Origin: a virus
Virus record (IMG/VR): IMGVR_UViG_3300027754_000042
Length of the DNA stretch: 64,000 bases
Reading direction: 5' to 3' (one strand)
How positions within the stretch are numbered: the stretch's first letter is position 1; each line of letters starts with the position of its first letter. Positions 48,288 through 57,203 of this stretch are shown here, one piece after another. The notes beneath the pieces were generated by a model. The model ran no database searches. It had not been told where the DNA came from and saw only the letters and a program-made list of their open reading frames with translations. The position numbers and the translations under genes were made by a program.

Positions 48288-48518
48288 ATGGCTTTGCGTG
48301 AAGATATGGGAGGTGCAATGGAGATATTCAATCACATGTATTTCCTGAAGAAGGAGATTGCGTATCTTACGAGGTACGCTGAAGTCAATGGGCCTCATGA
48401 TATGGGTCACATTCATACTACCATCAGCGTTCTTCAAGGCCGCTTTGATGAATGCAAAAAGTTCTCGGATGATTTTATGGCCAGTTCTCGGCATCTTCTT
48501 GATGGGATTACACTATGA
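48288..48518 (+). CDS. hypothetical protein
   Basis: DMGHIHTTISVL motif; SD AGGAG. Confidence 0.55.
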   Translation: MALREDMGGAMEIFNHMYFLKKEIAYLTRYAEVNGPHDMGHIHTTISVLQGRFDECKKFSDDFMASSRHLLDGITL

Positions 48519-49231
48519 AACTATTTGCATCGTGCGATTCAAAGTACCTTCGCGTACACGCGCCCGCGCTCGTAGCGTCGGCTGCATATCATAATAACTC
48601 TATCCATATCAATGTGATTGCTCCTGGGCAAGATGATCGTGACATCCTTGATGATATGAGTTCTAAGTACCACAAGATATCAGAATGGCCGCATAGTGAT
48701 TTTAGTTGGTCTATGAGTACCATGTATGCTTGCCCTAAAGATTCAGAAGAACTGCGTACGGTTTATGCTTGCGATAGGTTCCTTACCGCAGGTCTCGTTA
48801 TGCAGAACCACGAATGCGATTTGCTTATCATCGACACCGACTGTTTGGTTATGCAACACATTGAACCAATTCTTGATGACCAGGTTGGATTGTTTCTTCG
48901 TGAGTCATTGCCCGGCACACAGGGTTGGGAAAATGCTGGTAGTCGTGTAGCAGCTGGTGCTGTGTTTATTTCACAAGAGGCTGTACCATTCCTTGAGAAG
49001 GTTGAAAATCGTATCAGGAAAGGGCCTCTCGCGTGGTTCTTAGATCAGGTAGCTATCAATGAAGCTTATCAGGAAGATATTACTGACTATCGTTTTAGGT
49101 ATTTCGACGCGCAATTTATGGATTGGGAGTTCGTGGAAGGAACTACGATCTGGACTGGTAAAGGACCGCGGAAGTATGAGAACGAAAAATACCTTGCCAA
49201 GAAAGCTTTCTTCGAAAGGATGATGCGGTGA
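48515..49231 (+). CDS. nucleotide-diphospho-sugar transferase-like protein
   Basis: IIDTD DxD, AAG, WFLDQ. Confidence 0.7.
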   Translation: MKLFASCDSKYLRVHAPALVASAAYHNNSIHINVIAPGQDDRDILDDMSSKYHKISEWPHSDFSWSMSTMYACPKDSEELRTVYACDRFLTAGLVMQNHECDLLIIDTDCLVMQHIEPILDDQVGLFLRESLPGTQGWENAGSRVAAGAVFISQEAVPFLEKVENRIRKGPLAWFLDQVAINEAYQEDITDYRFRYFDAQFMDWEFVEGTTIWTGKGPRKYENEKYLAKKAFFERMMR

Positions 49232-49434
49232 GATACTTCTCTTACATGATAACTGGTGGCGAACGAGGCGAAACCTATGAAGTTGAAACAGTATCAGAAG
49301 AACAAATTCTTGATTGGGATTGGCGCGATTGGGTGCGCGAAGAACGTAAAAAAACAAACCCAAAAGAACTAACAAAAGAAAACTGTATCAATGATTGGGT
49401 TATTTTGAATAACGCATGGGAGAGTACGCCTTGA
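49228..49434 (+). CDS. hypothetical protein
   Basis: CINDWV...AW motif; overlaps neighbours. Confidence 0.55.
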   Translation: MRYFSYMITGGERGETYEVETVSEEQILDWDWRDWVREERKKTNPKELTKENCINDWVILNNAWESTP

Positions 49435-50399
49435 GAAAAGTGTCAATTCTGTTCCCTCGTTTGGATGTGACATTCAAAGAAGGACCTGTACCCGAAGGTC
49501 GTGGCGAAATTCCACCAATTCGTATTCATTGGCAAAATTTCAAAGATAAGCTATTGCAGCATCATATGCTGAAGGCTGGCGATAAGGTTTCAATTATTGA
49601 AAAGCCACTTTGGCAATTTACGACTGAGTTCGTAGAATCACTAGACGCTGATATCGTGTATATTCCACATAAGTCGACCGATACTTTTCCTGTGAGTGGA
49701 AAAGAAGTTCGCTACTATATGCAGAGCGTATTTCCTTTTCAGTTTTATATTGACTCAAAGGGCTTTGCTGGTGGTAGCTCAAGGTACCCATTTGACTATG
49801 ATTGGAACCTTGAGATACCACACGGAAGCTTCTATGCCCAGATGCAGGCTCGTGCGCTCGCGGGTGAGAGTAAGTTCGCACAACCGCCTATGGGTAAAAT
49901 TACAGTTGAATCTGATGGCCCATATGTTCTGTTTCCATGCCAGATTCCACACGATGAAACAATCAAGTACCATTCCGATATCTCGGTGTTAGATGCATTG
50001 ATGGCTACATGTGAGGCTACAAAGAAGCTAAATATGCCACTGGTGGTAAAAGGGCATCCTGTTAATCCAGGTAGCATGGCACCGTTATATCAAGCGGTTA
50101 AGCAATACGATCATGTTCATTGGGTCGATGATGTGTCCATTCACGATTTGATCCCCAACGCACATGCGGTTGTCGTCGTAAATTCTGGGACTGGTATGGA
50201 AGCAATGCTTCATAAACGCCCAGTGATTACCTTTGGTAGATGTGAGTATGATTGCGTGAGTAACAAGGCTACGGCGGATAATATCGTTGACGTTCTCAGG
50301 TCTCCTGTGTTCAACGAGAAGGAAGTACGAGCATTTTTCGAGTCGTGGTACGAATGGACTTACGACACAAGAAACGGTAATTCTTTTAACGGGCTATAA
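49416..50399 (+). CDS. KpsS/KpsC-like capsule polysaccharide (GT-B) protein
   Basis: PCQIPHD, VKGHP, VNSGTGMEA. Confidence 0.75.
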   Translation: MGEYALRKVSILFPRLDVTFKEGPVPEGRGEIPPIRIHWQNFKDKLLQHHMLKAGDKVSIIEKPLWQFTTEFVESLDADIVYIPHKSTDTFPVSGKEVRYYMQSVFPFQFYIDSKGFAGGSSRYPFDYDWNLEIPHGSFYAQMQARALAGESKFAQPPMGKITVESDGPYVLFPCQIPHDETIKYHSDISVLDALMATCEATKKLNMPLVVKGHPVNPGSMAPLYQAVKQYDHVHWVDDVSIHDLIPNAHAVVVVNSGTGMEAMLHKRPVITFGRCEYDCVSNKATADNIVDVLRSPVFNEKEVRAFFESWYEWTYDTRNGNSFNGL

Positions 50400-50410
50400 G
50401 GAGAACGAAT

Positions 50411-50776
50411 ATGTCATATTGGGGTTATCACCTCCTATTGGACTGCGCTGAATTGGATCACGCAGCAATCACAGATGCGGAGAACATCTATTATTTCGTC
50501 AAGCGTTTGGTCAAAGATATTGATATGGTCGCTTATGGTGAACCACATATTGTTAACTTTGGCTCAGGCAACAAGGCCGGCTACACATTGGTACAGTTAA
50601 TCGAAACATCAAATATCGTAGCGCATTTTGTGCCAGATGATGGCATGGGTGGTAATGCTATGTACCTCGATGTTTTCTCATGCAAGGAATATGACGATCA
50701 GATTGTTATTCAGTTGGTCAAGGAATATTTTGGTGCAAAGTATGTGCGTCCAAACTATCTCACAAGACAGGCGTAA
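50411..50776 (+). CDS. speD: S-adenosylmethionine decarboxylase proenzyme-like
   Basis: GYHLLLD, LIETS cleavage region, LDVFSC. Confidence 0.8.
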   Translation: MSYWGYHLLLDCAELDHAAITDAENIYYFVKRLVKDIDMVAYGEPHIVNFGSGNKAGYTLVQLIETSNIVAHFVPDDGMGGNAMYLDVFSCKEYDDQIVIQLVKEYFGAKYVRPNYLTRQA

Positions 50777-50781
50777 TTGTC

Positions 50782-50810
50782 TTGACAAAGAGTAAAGATG
50801 CATATATAAT
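50782..50810 (+). promoter_or_regulatory. sigma70-type promoter for tRNA-Gly/porin
   Basis: TTGACA-N17-TATAAT. Confidence 0.8.
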
Positions 50811-50824
50811 ACACAATAGAAATT

Positions 50825-50899
50825 GCGGGCGTAACTCAGTGGTAGAGTGTCAGCCTTCCAAGCTGTTCGTCGCAGGTTCGAACCCTGTCGCCCGCTCCA
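50825..50899 (+). tRNA. tRNA-Gly(TCC)
   Basis: Cloverleaf, loop CTTCCAA, encoded CCA. Confidence 0.95.
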
Positions 50900-51012
50900 A
50901 GTTTCACGAGTGGCTAGAAATGGCCCTCGTGATTGCTATCTGTAACTGGATGGCATTGAGCGTAGGAATCTTCCTACTTTTATATAATGTCTTTTTAGAC
51001 TAAGGAGTAAAT

Positions 51013-51558
51013 ATGAAAAACACAATCACTACCATCTTCGCACTTGCACTAAGCACTTCCGCTTATGCAACTGACGTACCAAGCGGCAAGGTCGCTCCAA
51101 AGGCTCCCGTACCCGTCTTCGTAAGCGCCGACAATTATATCGGTGTTAATGTCGGAGCGAATGTCACTGATGGCGTCAACAAACAAGCTCCTACAGCTTT
51201 CGGCGTTATTGCAGGTCGTAAGGTTCTAGGTTTTGGTCCTATGGGTTTCACAGCAGAAGCCGCATATGATTACACCAAGGGCAATACTAACATGGTTTCA
51301 GGCAATGCGCTTGTATCATATGCGTTTGGTCCTTTCTCTCCATACGCTCTTGGCGGTGTTGGCTATCGTTTTGTTGATAGCAAGCTTCCTGTTCGTGTTG
51401 GTGGTCCTAAGAATGAGGCAGTTTGGGCAGCTGGTGGTGGTATTAAGTTTGCGGTCACGTCCGCAATTGAGCTTGATGCTCGGTACCATCGCGTAGAAAA
51501 CTTTGACTACAAGCGTCCCGAAGATCGTGTGTCTCTTGGAGTTAATTATAAGTTCTGA
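51013..51558 (+). CDS. Omp25/RopB-like outer-membrane beta-barrel
   Basis: Signal peptide AYA, Pro-rich linker, PYALGGVG, terminal YKF. Confidence 0.85.
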   Translation: MKNTITTIFALALSTSAYATDVPSGKVAPKAPVPVFVSADNYIGVNVGANVTDGVNKQAPTAFGVIAGRKVLGFGPMGFTAEAAYDYTKGNTNMVSGNALVSYAFGPFSPYALGGVGYRFVDSKLPVRVGGPKNEAVWAAGGGIKFAVTSAIELDARYHRVENFDYKRPEDRVSLGVNYKF

Positions 51559-52691
51559 TGATGAAAATATCCCTCACTGCGGATAAGTTCGGTTATTATG
51601 AGGTGGGGGGTAGAACCACATATAGTAAAATGGAAGCCCTTGAGTGGGCTTCCACTACTAACATGAAGGCGGAGTGGAATTTTAATCGCTCCGCCTTTGA
51701 GTCTATGGATTGGAAGAAAGAGCCTACTGGTTCTCTTTGGGAAATGTACAAAGAGAGAGCGAGGCAAATCCGTGAAGAATACGATTATGTTGTATTATGG
51801 TATAGCGGAGGTTCTGATAGTCATAATCTACTTTGGGCATGGTTGGATGCAGGTCTTAAAATAGACGAGATTGCAACAACATGGAATTACGGTGCTACTG
51901 GCGATAAACAGAATCACTATAACGCAGAAATCACAAATGTGGTTTTGCCAGATATCGCAATGCTGAAAAATGCTGGTTACGAATTCGAGTTTCGTTTGAT
52001 TGATATCTCACATTTCTGTATAAAACTTTTTAGTACATGGAATACAGAGTTTGAATATAACGTCAACTTCCATCTCAGTCCAAACAATCCTGCAAAACAC
52101 ATATTCCGAAATGAGATTGACGATTATAAAAACATGATCGCTGATGGTAAGAAGTTATGTTTTGTTTGGGGTAAAGAAAAGCCAGTTCTTCAATATGAGA
52201 ACGGTAAACATTTCTTCGTGTTTTCCGATAACATTGACAACACGGTTGGTCCATATGTTCAGAAAAAGTATCATCAAGGGTGGTATGATGAGCTATTCTA
52301 TTGGACACCTGATATGCCACAGCTGGCTATCAAGCAAGCGCATGTTCTAAAGAACTATGTGGAATCATGTATTGACGAATCGCAGTTCGAACCAAAGAGC
52401 GACACTAAATTTCAAACAGGTGGCTATTCGAAACGATTCGATGGGTATCTAAAAGATGCATATGTCAAGACAGCTATATATCCAAAATGGTCAAATGATA
52501 TTTTCTGTAATGGTAAAGCTGGATCTATGACATATAGCCAGCGTGATAGATGGTTCATCAAGTCGTCATTGCTCGAAAGACATAAGTTCATGTCAATAAT
52601 GGATTCAATATATTCAGGTATCTATAAGAAAGATTTCTACGACAGACATAATTATTATCCATTTTACAGCTCAAGGTATTTTTTAGAATGA
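51558..52691 (+). CDS. PP-loop (adenine nucleotide alpha-hydrolase-like) protein
   Basis: LWYSGGSDS. Confidence 0.7.
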   Translation: MMKISLTADKFGYYEVGGRTTYSKMEALEWASTTNMKAEWNFNRSAFESMDWKKEPTGSLWEMYKERARQIREEYDYVVLWYSGGSDSHNLLWAWLDAGLKIDEIATTWNYGATGDKQNHYNAEITNVVLPDIAMLKNAGYEFEFRLIDISHFCIKLFSTWNTEFEYNVNFHLSPNNPAKHIFRNEIDDYKNMIADGKKLCFVWGKEKPVLQYENGKHFFVFSDNIDNTVGPYVQKKYHQGWYDELFYWTPDMPQLAIKQAHVLKNYVESCIDESQFEPKSDTKFQTGGYSKRFDGYLKDAYVKTAIYPKWSNDIFCNGKAGSMTYSQRDRWFIKSSLLERHKFMSIMDSIYSGIYKKDFYDRHNYYPFYSSRYFLE

Positions 52692-53140
52692 ACAAATTTT
52701 ATGAGACGCACACGCGCACGATAGCGAAGACGCTGACGATCAGAGTTCTATTCACTCTAAGCCATCTCTTGAATGGATTCATCGTTACCGGTAGTTTCGT
52801 TATTGGAGCGCAGATTGCAGGCGTAGCAGCCATCATCAATATGGTTTTATTTTGGATTCACGACCGTGCGTGGGAATTTGCGGCATTCAATAGAAAACCA
52901 GGTGACACCAAGTTATTTGTTGACGGGCACCCAAGAACTATTAGCAAGAGCATAACGTGGCGGGCACTAATCACAATCAATAATTTTATGATTCCATTCA
53001 TAATGACTGGCTCTTGGCAATCGGCTATAGCGTTCCTAGGAATAGCTACCGTACTAAATATTATCGTATATTATGCTCATGAACGAGTTTGGAATGGTGT
53101 TGTTTGGGGAAAGAGAGAAAAAGATGTCGTTCAGCAATAA
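52688..53140 (+). CDS. tandem DUF2061-like membrane protein
   Basis: Two copies of RTI.K....R...H(D/E)R.W. Confidence 0.75.
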   Translation: MNKFYETHTRTIAKTLTIRVLFTLSHLLNGFIVTGSFVIGAQIAGVAAIINMVLFWIHDRAWEFAAFNRKPGDTKLFVDGHPRTISKSITWRALITINNFMIPFIMTGSWQSAIAFLGIATVLNIIVYYAHERVWNGVVWGKREKDVVQQ

Positions 53141-54500
53141 AACATTTTGTACGATGCCTTGGTCGTCTATTATGATTTTGCCATCAGGTGATTTCAAGAT
53201 TTGTTGTTTCACAGGCCACAAGACATCAGATGGTCGTGATAGCCATGGTGTTGCTATAGATGATGACGGCAATTCAATGAATGTCCTGACGCATTCTATC
53301 AAAGAAGCAATGAATAGTAAATGGCATAAAGAATTGCGAGTAGCGCAGTCACAAGGCAAGCGCCACGAGATATGCAAGGTGTGTTGGGATCGTGATGATG
53401 CCGCAGCGACACATGATGAGGCTGCAACATCATTGCGCGTCGTGCGAACCTACTACCAGAATGCTGATAGCGGAACAAATCAATCCCGTAAACATTTTGG
53501 TGGGCATCCTATGACGGGTGCTGTTCTACCTGAGACTGCATCTGATATCATGACCGCTGGTGGTTCGATTGACATGATGCCAATCAGCTTGGATATGCGC
53601 TTTAGCAATCTATGCAATGCTAAATGCATCATGTGTGAACCTCTCTATAGCACACTTTGGTACGGAGATCAAATCGACGTAAATCAAAAAGATTTTTTTG
53701 ATGTAGGACCAAAACGATATAACATCATTACCAAAACATCTCCTACCGGCCGCAAGACATATACCGATGACATGCCAAATTGGAATGATGACCCTCGTTG
53801 GTGGAAACAGTTTGATGAACTAGCACCACATCTTCGTCACGTTTATATCACAGGTGGCGAACCTTTCATCCAGCCTGTCCATGATGTATTCATCGAAAAG
53901 CTTGTCGAGCGCGGCTTCGCAAAAAACATTATCATCGAATATGATACCAATCTCAGCGTTTTGAATCCAAAGATTTTGAATTATCTCACAGAGTTCAAAG
54001 ATGTTATCATTCGCATCAGTGCCGATGATGTCGGCGAAAGGTATAACCTTGTTCGCTTTCCATTGAAGTTTGATCGCATCACCAAGAACATAGAACTACT
54101 AAAGGAATATGGGCTCCACGAAAAAATTGTCAATATCACATCATGCATTGGTATTCATACCATTTTTGCTCCACTTACCATTCACAGATATTTTAGTGCG
54201 CTCGGCTACGATAAGTATGTGTTCCGTATCCTTCGCTCTCCACCACAGGTCGATATCATCAATCTACCTCGAGCGGCCAAAGAAGCCGTGATAAAAATTT
54301 ATGAGCAATCGGATCTTCCGCATTCAGACCAAAAGCATGTTGTTGGTTATCTGAAAAACAATCTGGATGCTCTATCAGATGAAAAGGCGCGAAATCAAAT
54401 TTCGATTTTCAGGCATTATATGAATTCTCTCGATCGGTCGCGTGGCACAGATTGGCGTGCTACAATACCCGAGGTGGACGCACTTATTGCTAAGTTCTAG
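53124..54500 (+). CDS. radical SAM protein with N-terminal twitch/SPASM-like domain
   Basis: FCTMPW, CC, CKVC; CNAKCIMC; TGGEP. Confidence 0.88.
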   Translation: MSFSNKTFCTMPWSSIMILPSGDFKICCFTGHKTSDGRDSHGVAIDDDGNSMNVLTHSIKEAMNSKWHKELRVAQSQGKRHEICKVCWDRDDAAATHDEAATSLRVVRTYYQNADSGTNQSRKHFGGHPMTGAVLPETASDIMTAGGSIDMMPISLDMRFSNLCNAKCIMCEPLYSTLWYGDQIDVNQKDFFDVGPKRYNIITKTSPTGRKTYTDDMPNWNDDPRWWKQFDELAPHLRHVYITGGEPFIQPVHDVFIEKLVERGFAKNIIIEYDTNLSVLNPKILNYLTEFKDVIIRISADDVGERYNLVRFPLKFDRITKNIELLKEYGLHEKIVNITSCIGIHTIFAPLTIHRYFSALGYDKYVFRILRSPPQVDIINLPRAAKEAVIKIYEQSDLPHSDQKHVVGYLKNNLDALSDEKARNQISIFRHYMNSLDRSRGTDWRATIPEVDALIAKF

Positions 54501-54524
54501 TGGTGTGATAATTTAGCAACACCA
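54501..54524. repeat. palindrome before second early island
   Basis: TGGTGT-N12-ACACCA. Confidence 0.45.
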
Positions 54525-54547
54525 AATCATCTAGTGGTTAGGGCGCC

Positions 54548-54576
54548 TTGACAATAGGCCCCCTTTCTGGTATTAT
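54548..54576 (+). promoter_or_regulatory. sigma70-type early promoter
   Basis: TTGACA-N17-TATTAT. Confidence 0.75.
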
Positions 54577-54648
54577 AGGGATATGAGTTGAGGTTAAGGC
54601 ATGAGCGTAGCAATAACGAGCGTATCACAGTTTGTTACCATTATTACC

Positions 54649-54677
54649 TTGACAATCAAGCAGAAGCCTAGTAAGAT
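54649..54677 (+). promoter_or_regulatory. sigma70-type early promoter
   Basis: TTGACA-N17-TAAGAT. Confidence 0.65.
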
Positions 54678-54707
54678 GGTTATAGAGTCAGAAAACGGAG
54701 CTAAAGC

Positions 54708-54854
54708 ATGACAATAGAATATATCTTCGAAACCTTTCGTGCGCTTGAGACTGTTGCAGAGCGTGTTACATACTTGCAAGAACTTGCAACTCTTTCGCTG
54801 CCGTACGATATCAATTATGAAGCGTTAATCCGTGCATGGCTTGCATCAGAATAA
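54708..54854 (+). CDS. small hypothetical protein (48 aa, not in ORF track)
   Basis: SD GGAG, own promoter. Confidence 0.55.
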   Translation: MTIEYIFETFRALETVAERVTYLQELATLSLPYDINYEALIRAWLASE

Positions 54855-54912
54855 ACAAAGATCGTAACATAAACAATTACAAAAATAACCGTCAAATCGC
54901 CGCTAGGTGCCA

Positions 54913-54941
54913 TTGACAATCCAATCCGCTCCTAGTAGAAT
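54913..54941 (+). promoter_or_regulatory. sigma70-type early promoter
   Basis: TTGACA-N17-TAGAAT. Confidence 0.75.
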
Positions 54942-54971
54942 ATAAAAGTAGGGTGAAATCAGAGGTACATC

Positions 54972-55505
54972 ATGAACTTTAAGCAAGCAGATCCGGTCGT
55001 CAACCTTCTCAAGGCTAATGGCAACCGCTTTACTCCCGCGCAGCTTGACGCCGCGACGGGTTCCGAACGCCGCTCCCGTCGGGCGCTGTTTCTCGCTCGT
55101 CAGATGGGTCTGGCTATCGAGGCAGTTCGTGATGGCGGCCGTGGCGTTACCGCTTACGTCCTTGCGTCTGGCGACCTTAGTGCCATTCCTGTCGCAGCGC
55201 CCAAAGCTGCTAAGGTCAAGGCTCCCAAGGTTGTAAAGACGCAAGCGCCGAAGGCGGTCAAGGACAAGGCGGTCAAGGTTGTCGATACCTCTCGTCTGTC
55301 CGACGAGGCTAAGGCGGCAGTCAAGGCTAAGAACCTTGAGACCATGAAGGTTGTGTCTGCCAAAAAGCATCCTATCACCAAGCAAGCCATGACCAAGACC
55401 CAAGAAAAGGTTCTTGAGGAGTTTGCCCGAATGGAATTGGCAGACAAGATCGACCCGCGTGAATATATGCCCGCCTTCCTTCTCAAGGAATCTTATAGCG
55501 AATAG
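54972..55505 (+). CDS. HTH-like protein with Lys/Ala-rich linker
   Basis: FTPAQLDAATG...; APKAAKVKAPK repeats. Confidence 0.65.
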   Translation: MNFKQADPVVNLLKANGNRFTPAQLDAATGSERRSRRALFLARQMGLAIEAVRDGGRGVTAYVLASGDLSAIPVAAPKAAKVKAPKVVKTQAPKAVKDKAVKVVDTSRLSDEAKAAVKAKNLETMKVVSAKKHPITKQAMTKTQEKVLEEFARMELADKIDPREYMPAFLLKESYSE

Positions 55506-55533
55506 CAGCTTAATTTAAGAGTACCACAGGCCC

Positions 55534-55562
55534 TTGACAATCAAGCCCGTCTGTGGTATCAT
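55534..55562 (+). promoter_or_regulatory. sigma70-type early promoter
   Basis: TTGACA-N17-TATCAT; inverted repeat TACCACAG/CTGTGGTA overlaps it. Confidence 0.75.
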
Positions 55563-55576
55563 TAAGTTAAGATGAA

Positions 55577-56242
55577 ATGAACACGGAGAACATGGCCATG
55601 ATTAAGCTTTCCAAAGCCTCTAAAATGCCCGCCAAATCCTGGTCGCTTCAGGCTCGCAAGACCTGCCCCGGTTCTATCGACCCGGTGACAAAGGCCCCGG
55701 TTGAGGTGTGCGCTGGCTGCTATGCCACCGAAGGCTTCTACCAGATGCCTGACGCCATCGCATTGCGCGAACACAACCGCGAGGATTGGAAGCGCCCGGA
55801 GTGGGTTGATGATATGGTCAAGGAGTTGAAGCGCCAGAAATTTTTCCGTTGGTTCGACTCGGGTGACGTTTACCACCCGGCTTTGGCTTTCAAGATTTTT
55901 CTGGTCATGCAAAAAACTCCTCACGTCCAGCATTGGCTGCCCACGAAGTCTTACAAGGTCCCGCGCATCCGTGCGATCCTTGAGCGGATGAAGGCCCTGC
56001 CGAACGCAGCGGTTCGCTATTCGTCGGACTTTATCAATGGCGCTTTTGAGCATGGTGAGCATGGCTCAACGGTTGTTCCGTTTGCCGACTCCGAGACCGA
56101 AGCGTCCAAGGTGTGTGACGCATATGAGCGTGGTGGCAAATGTGGCGATTGCCGCGCTTGCTGGAATAAGGATGTGGCTGTGGTCGCGTACCCCGCGCAC
56201 GGTCGCCGTATGGGCAAGATTATGAAAAATCTTGCAGCCTAA
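55577..56242 (+). CDS. GP88-family Cys-rich phage protein
   Basis: SKMP, TCPGS, CAGCYA, FRWFDSGD, WLPTK, CGDCRACW. Confidence 0.8.
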   Translation: MNTENMAMIKLSKASKMPAKSWSLQARKTCPGSIDPVTKAPVEVCAGCYATEGFYQMPDAIALREHNREDWKRPEWVDDMVKELKRQKFFRWFDSGDVYHPALAFKIFLVMQKTPHVQHWLPTKSYKVPRIRAILERMKALPNAAVRYSSDFINGAFEHGEHGSTVVPFADSETEASKVCDAYERGGKCGDCRACWNKDVAVVAYPAHGRRMGKIMKNLAA

Positions 56243-56245
56243 GGG

Positions 56246-56274
56246 TTGACAATCCTGCCAGTTCGTGGTATTAT
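56246..56274 (+). promoter_or_regulatory. sigma70-type early promoter
   Basis: TTGACA-N17-TATTAT. Confidence 0.75.
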
Positions 56275-56300
56275 GGTAATATGATGATGAATGGAGAAAA

Positions 56301-56567
56301 TTGATGGCGCAAGTAGCAACCAAGTCAGTTTCGATCCGTAAGATCATGGCTCGCCCTACCTTTCTACAGGGTGTCCGTGATGCCGCGAACGGTCTAGGTT
56401 TTTGCTCCGATTACGATGATTTTTCCACAGCGGAACAGTGGTCGTATGAGCGAGGTCGGTTGTTTTATTTTGCTACGGGACTCAAGGCGTTCCGTGCAGG
56501 AGCTGGCGTAAGGCGTGAAGCCATCGTTCTCTATAAGTTTGGCCGTGCCAGCTTGTCCATTCTCTGA
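56301..56567 (+). CDS. hypothetical protein
   Basis: QWSYERGR motif; SD GGAG. Confidence 0.65.
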   Translation: MMAQVATKSVSIRKIMARPTFLQGVRDAANGLGFCSDYDDFSTAEQWSYERGRLFYFATGLKAFRAGAGVRREAIVLYKFGRASLSIL

Positions 56568-56575
56568 GGTGTCAA

Positions 56576-56785
56576 ATGAACCAGTTTTTGTCAAAGGATC
56601 CTGCGACGGCTATCACGGAAATCAAGGCTCGGTTGTATGACCGCCTAACCCGTAGCCGTCACCTGTTGCACCAATACGATTCCCCTATGGCAGGACTGTC
56701 TGGTTCCGAGCTTGGGTATCGCGCTGGGCTCCATGAGGAAATTATGTACCTAGAGCGTCTCCTAAACGATATCGAAAACAGCTAA
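56576..56785 (+). CDS. hypothetical protein
   Basis: SD GAGGT. Confidence 0.6.
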   Translation: MNQFLSKDPATAITEIKARLYDRLTRSRHLLHQYDSPMAGLSGSELGYRAGLHEEIMYLERLLNDIENS

Positions 56786-56793
56786 AATAGACC

Positions 56794-56822
56794 TTGACAA
56801 TCCCGTCCCGACCATATAAAAT
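56794..56822 (+). promoter_or_regulatory. sigma70-type promoter
   Basis: TTGACA-N17-TAAAAT. Confidence 0.7.
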
Positions 56823-56841
56823 AAAAATAATGGAGAGTGTG

Positions 56842-57045
56842 ATGCAATTTTTAGCCAAACCTAATCTAAATAACACCACTGGTCAGAAGGTGTTCGATAC
56901 GTTAGCCGAGGCCGTTAAGTACCTAGAATACAAAACTGGGCACAAAATGGACTTTGTTGTCGATAGAAAGACGAAGGTAAAAACCTATGACTGGGAAATC
57001 ATCGGTAAGCTCAAGCGGATCAAAGCGCAACCCGATTGCGATTGA
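56842..57045 (+). CDS. hypothetical protein
   Basis: SD GGAG. Confidence 0.6.
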   Translation: MQFLAKPNLNNTTGQKVFDTLAEAVKYLEYKTGHKMDFVVDRKTKVKTYDWEIIGKLKRIKAQPDCD

Positions 57046-57187
57046 TTTGGCTACTACTAAATACCATGCTCGTGTCGTTGCATCTCGCAAAGGCTACAAG
57101 CGTAAAGGTCGCGTAGCTCAGCTGGATAGAGCAACGGATTTCTACTCCGTGGGCCGAGGGTTCGAATCCTTCCGCGACCGCCACTAA
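56987..57187 (+). CDS. ArfA-like basic peptide reading through tRNA-Arg
   Basis: KRNPIAIDL...RV...K.GYKRKG resembles ArfA; SD GAAGGT 8 nt upstream. Confidence 0.45.
   Translation: MTGKSSVSSSGSKRNPIAIDLATTKYHARVVASRKGYKRKGRVAQLDRATDFYSVGRGFESFRDRH
57107..57183 (+). tRNA. tRNA-Arg(TCT)
   Basis: Cloverleaf, loop TTTCTAC, CCA. Confidence 0.95.
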
Positions 57188-57203
57188 CAAAGAGGTTGAC
57201 AAG

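Noticed and set aside
50782-51003. 73-aa ORF in the track
   Set aside because: Starts within a -35 box and spans tRNA-Gly; no SD.
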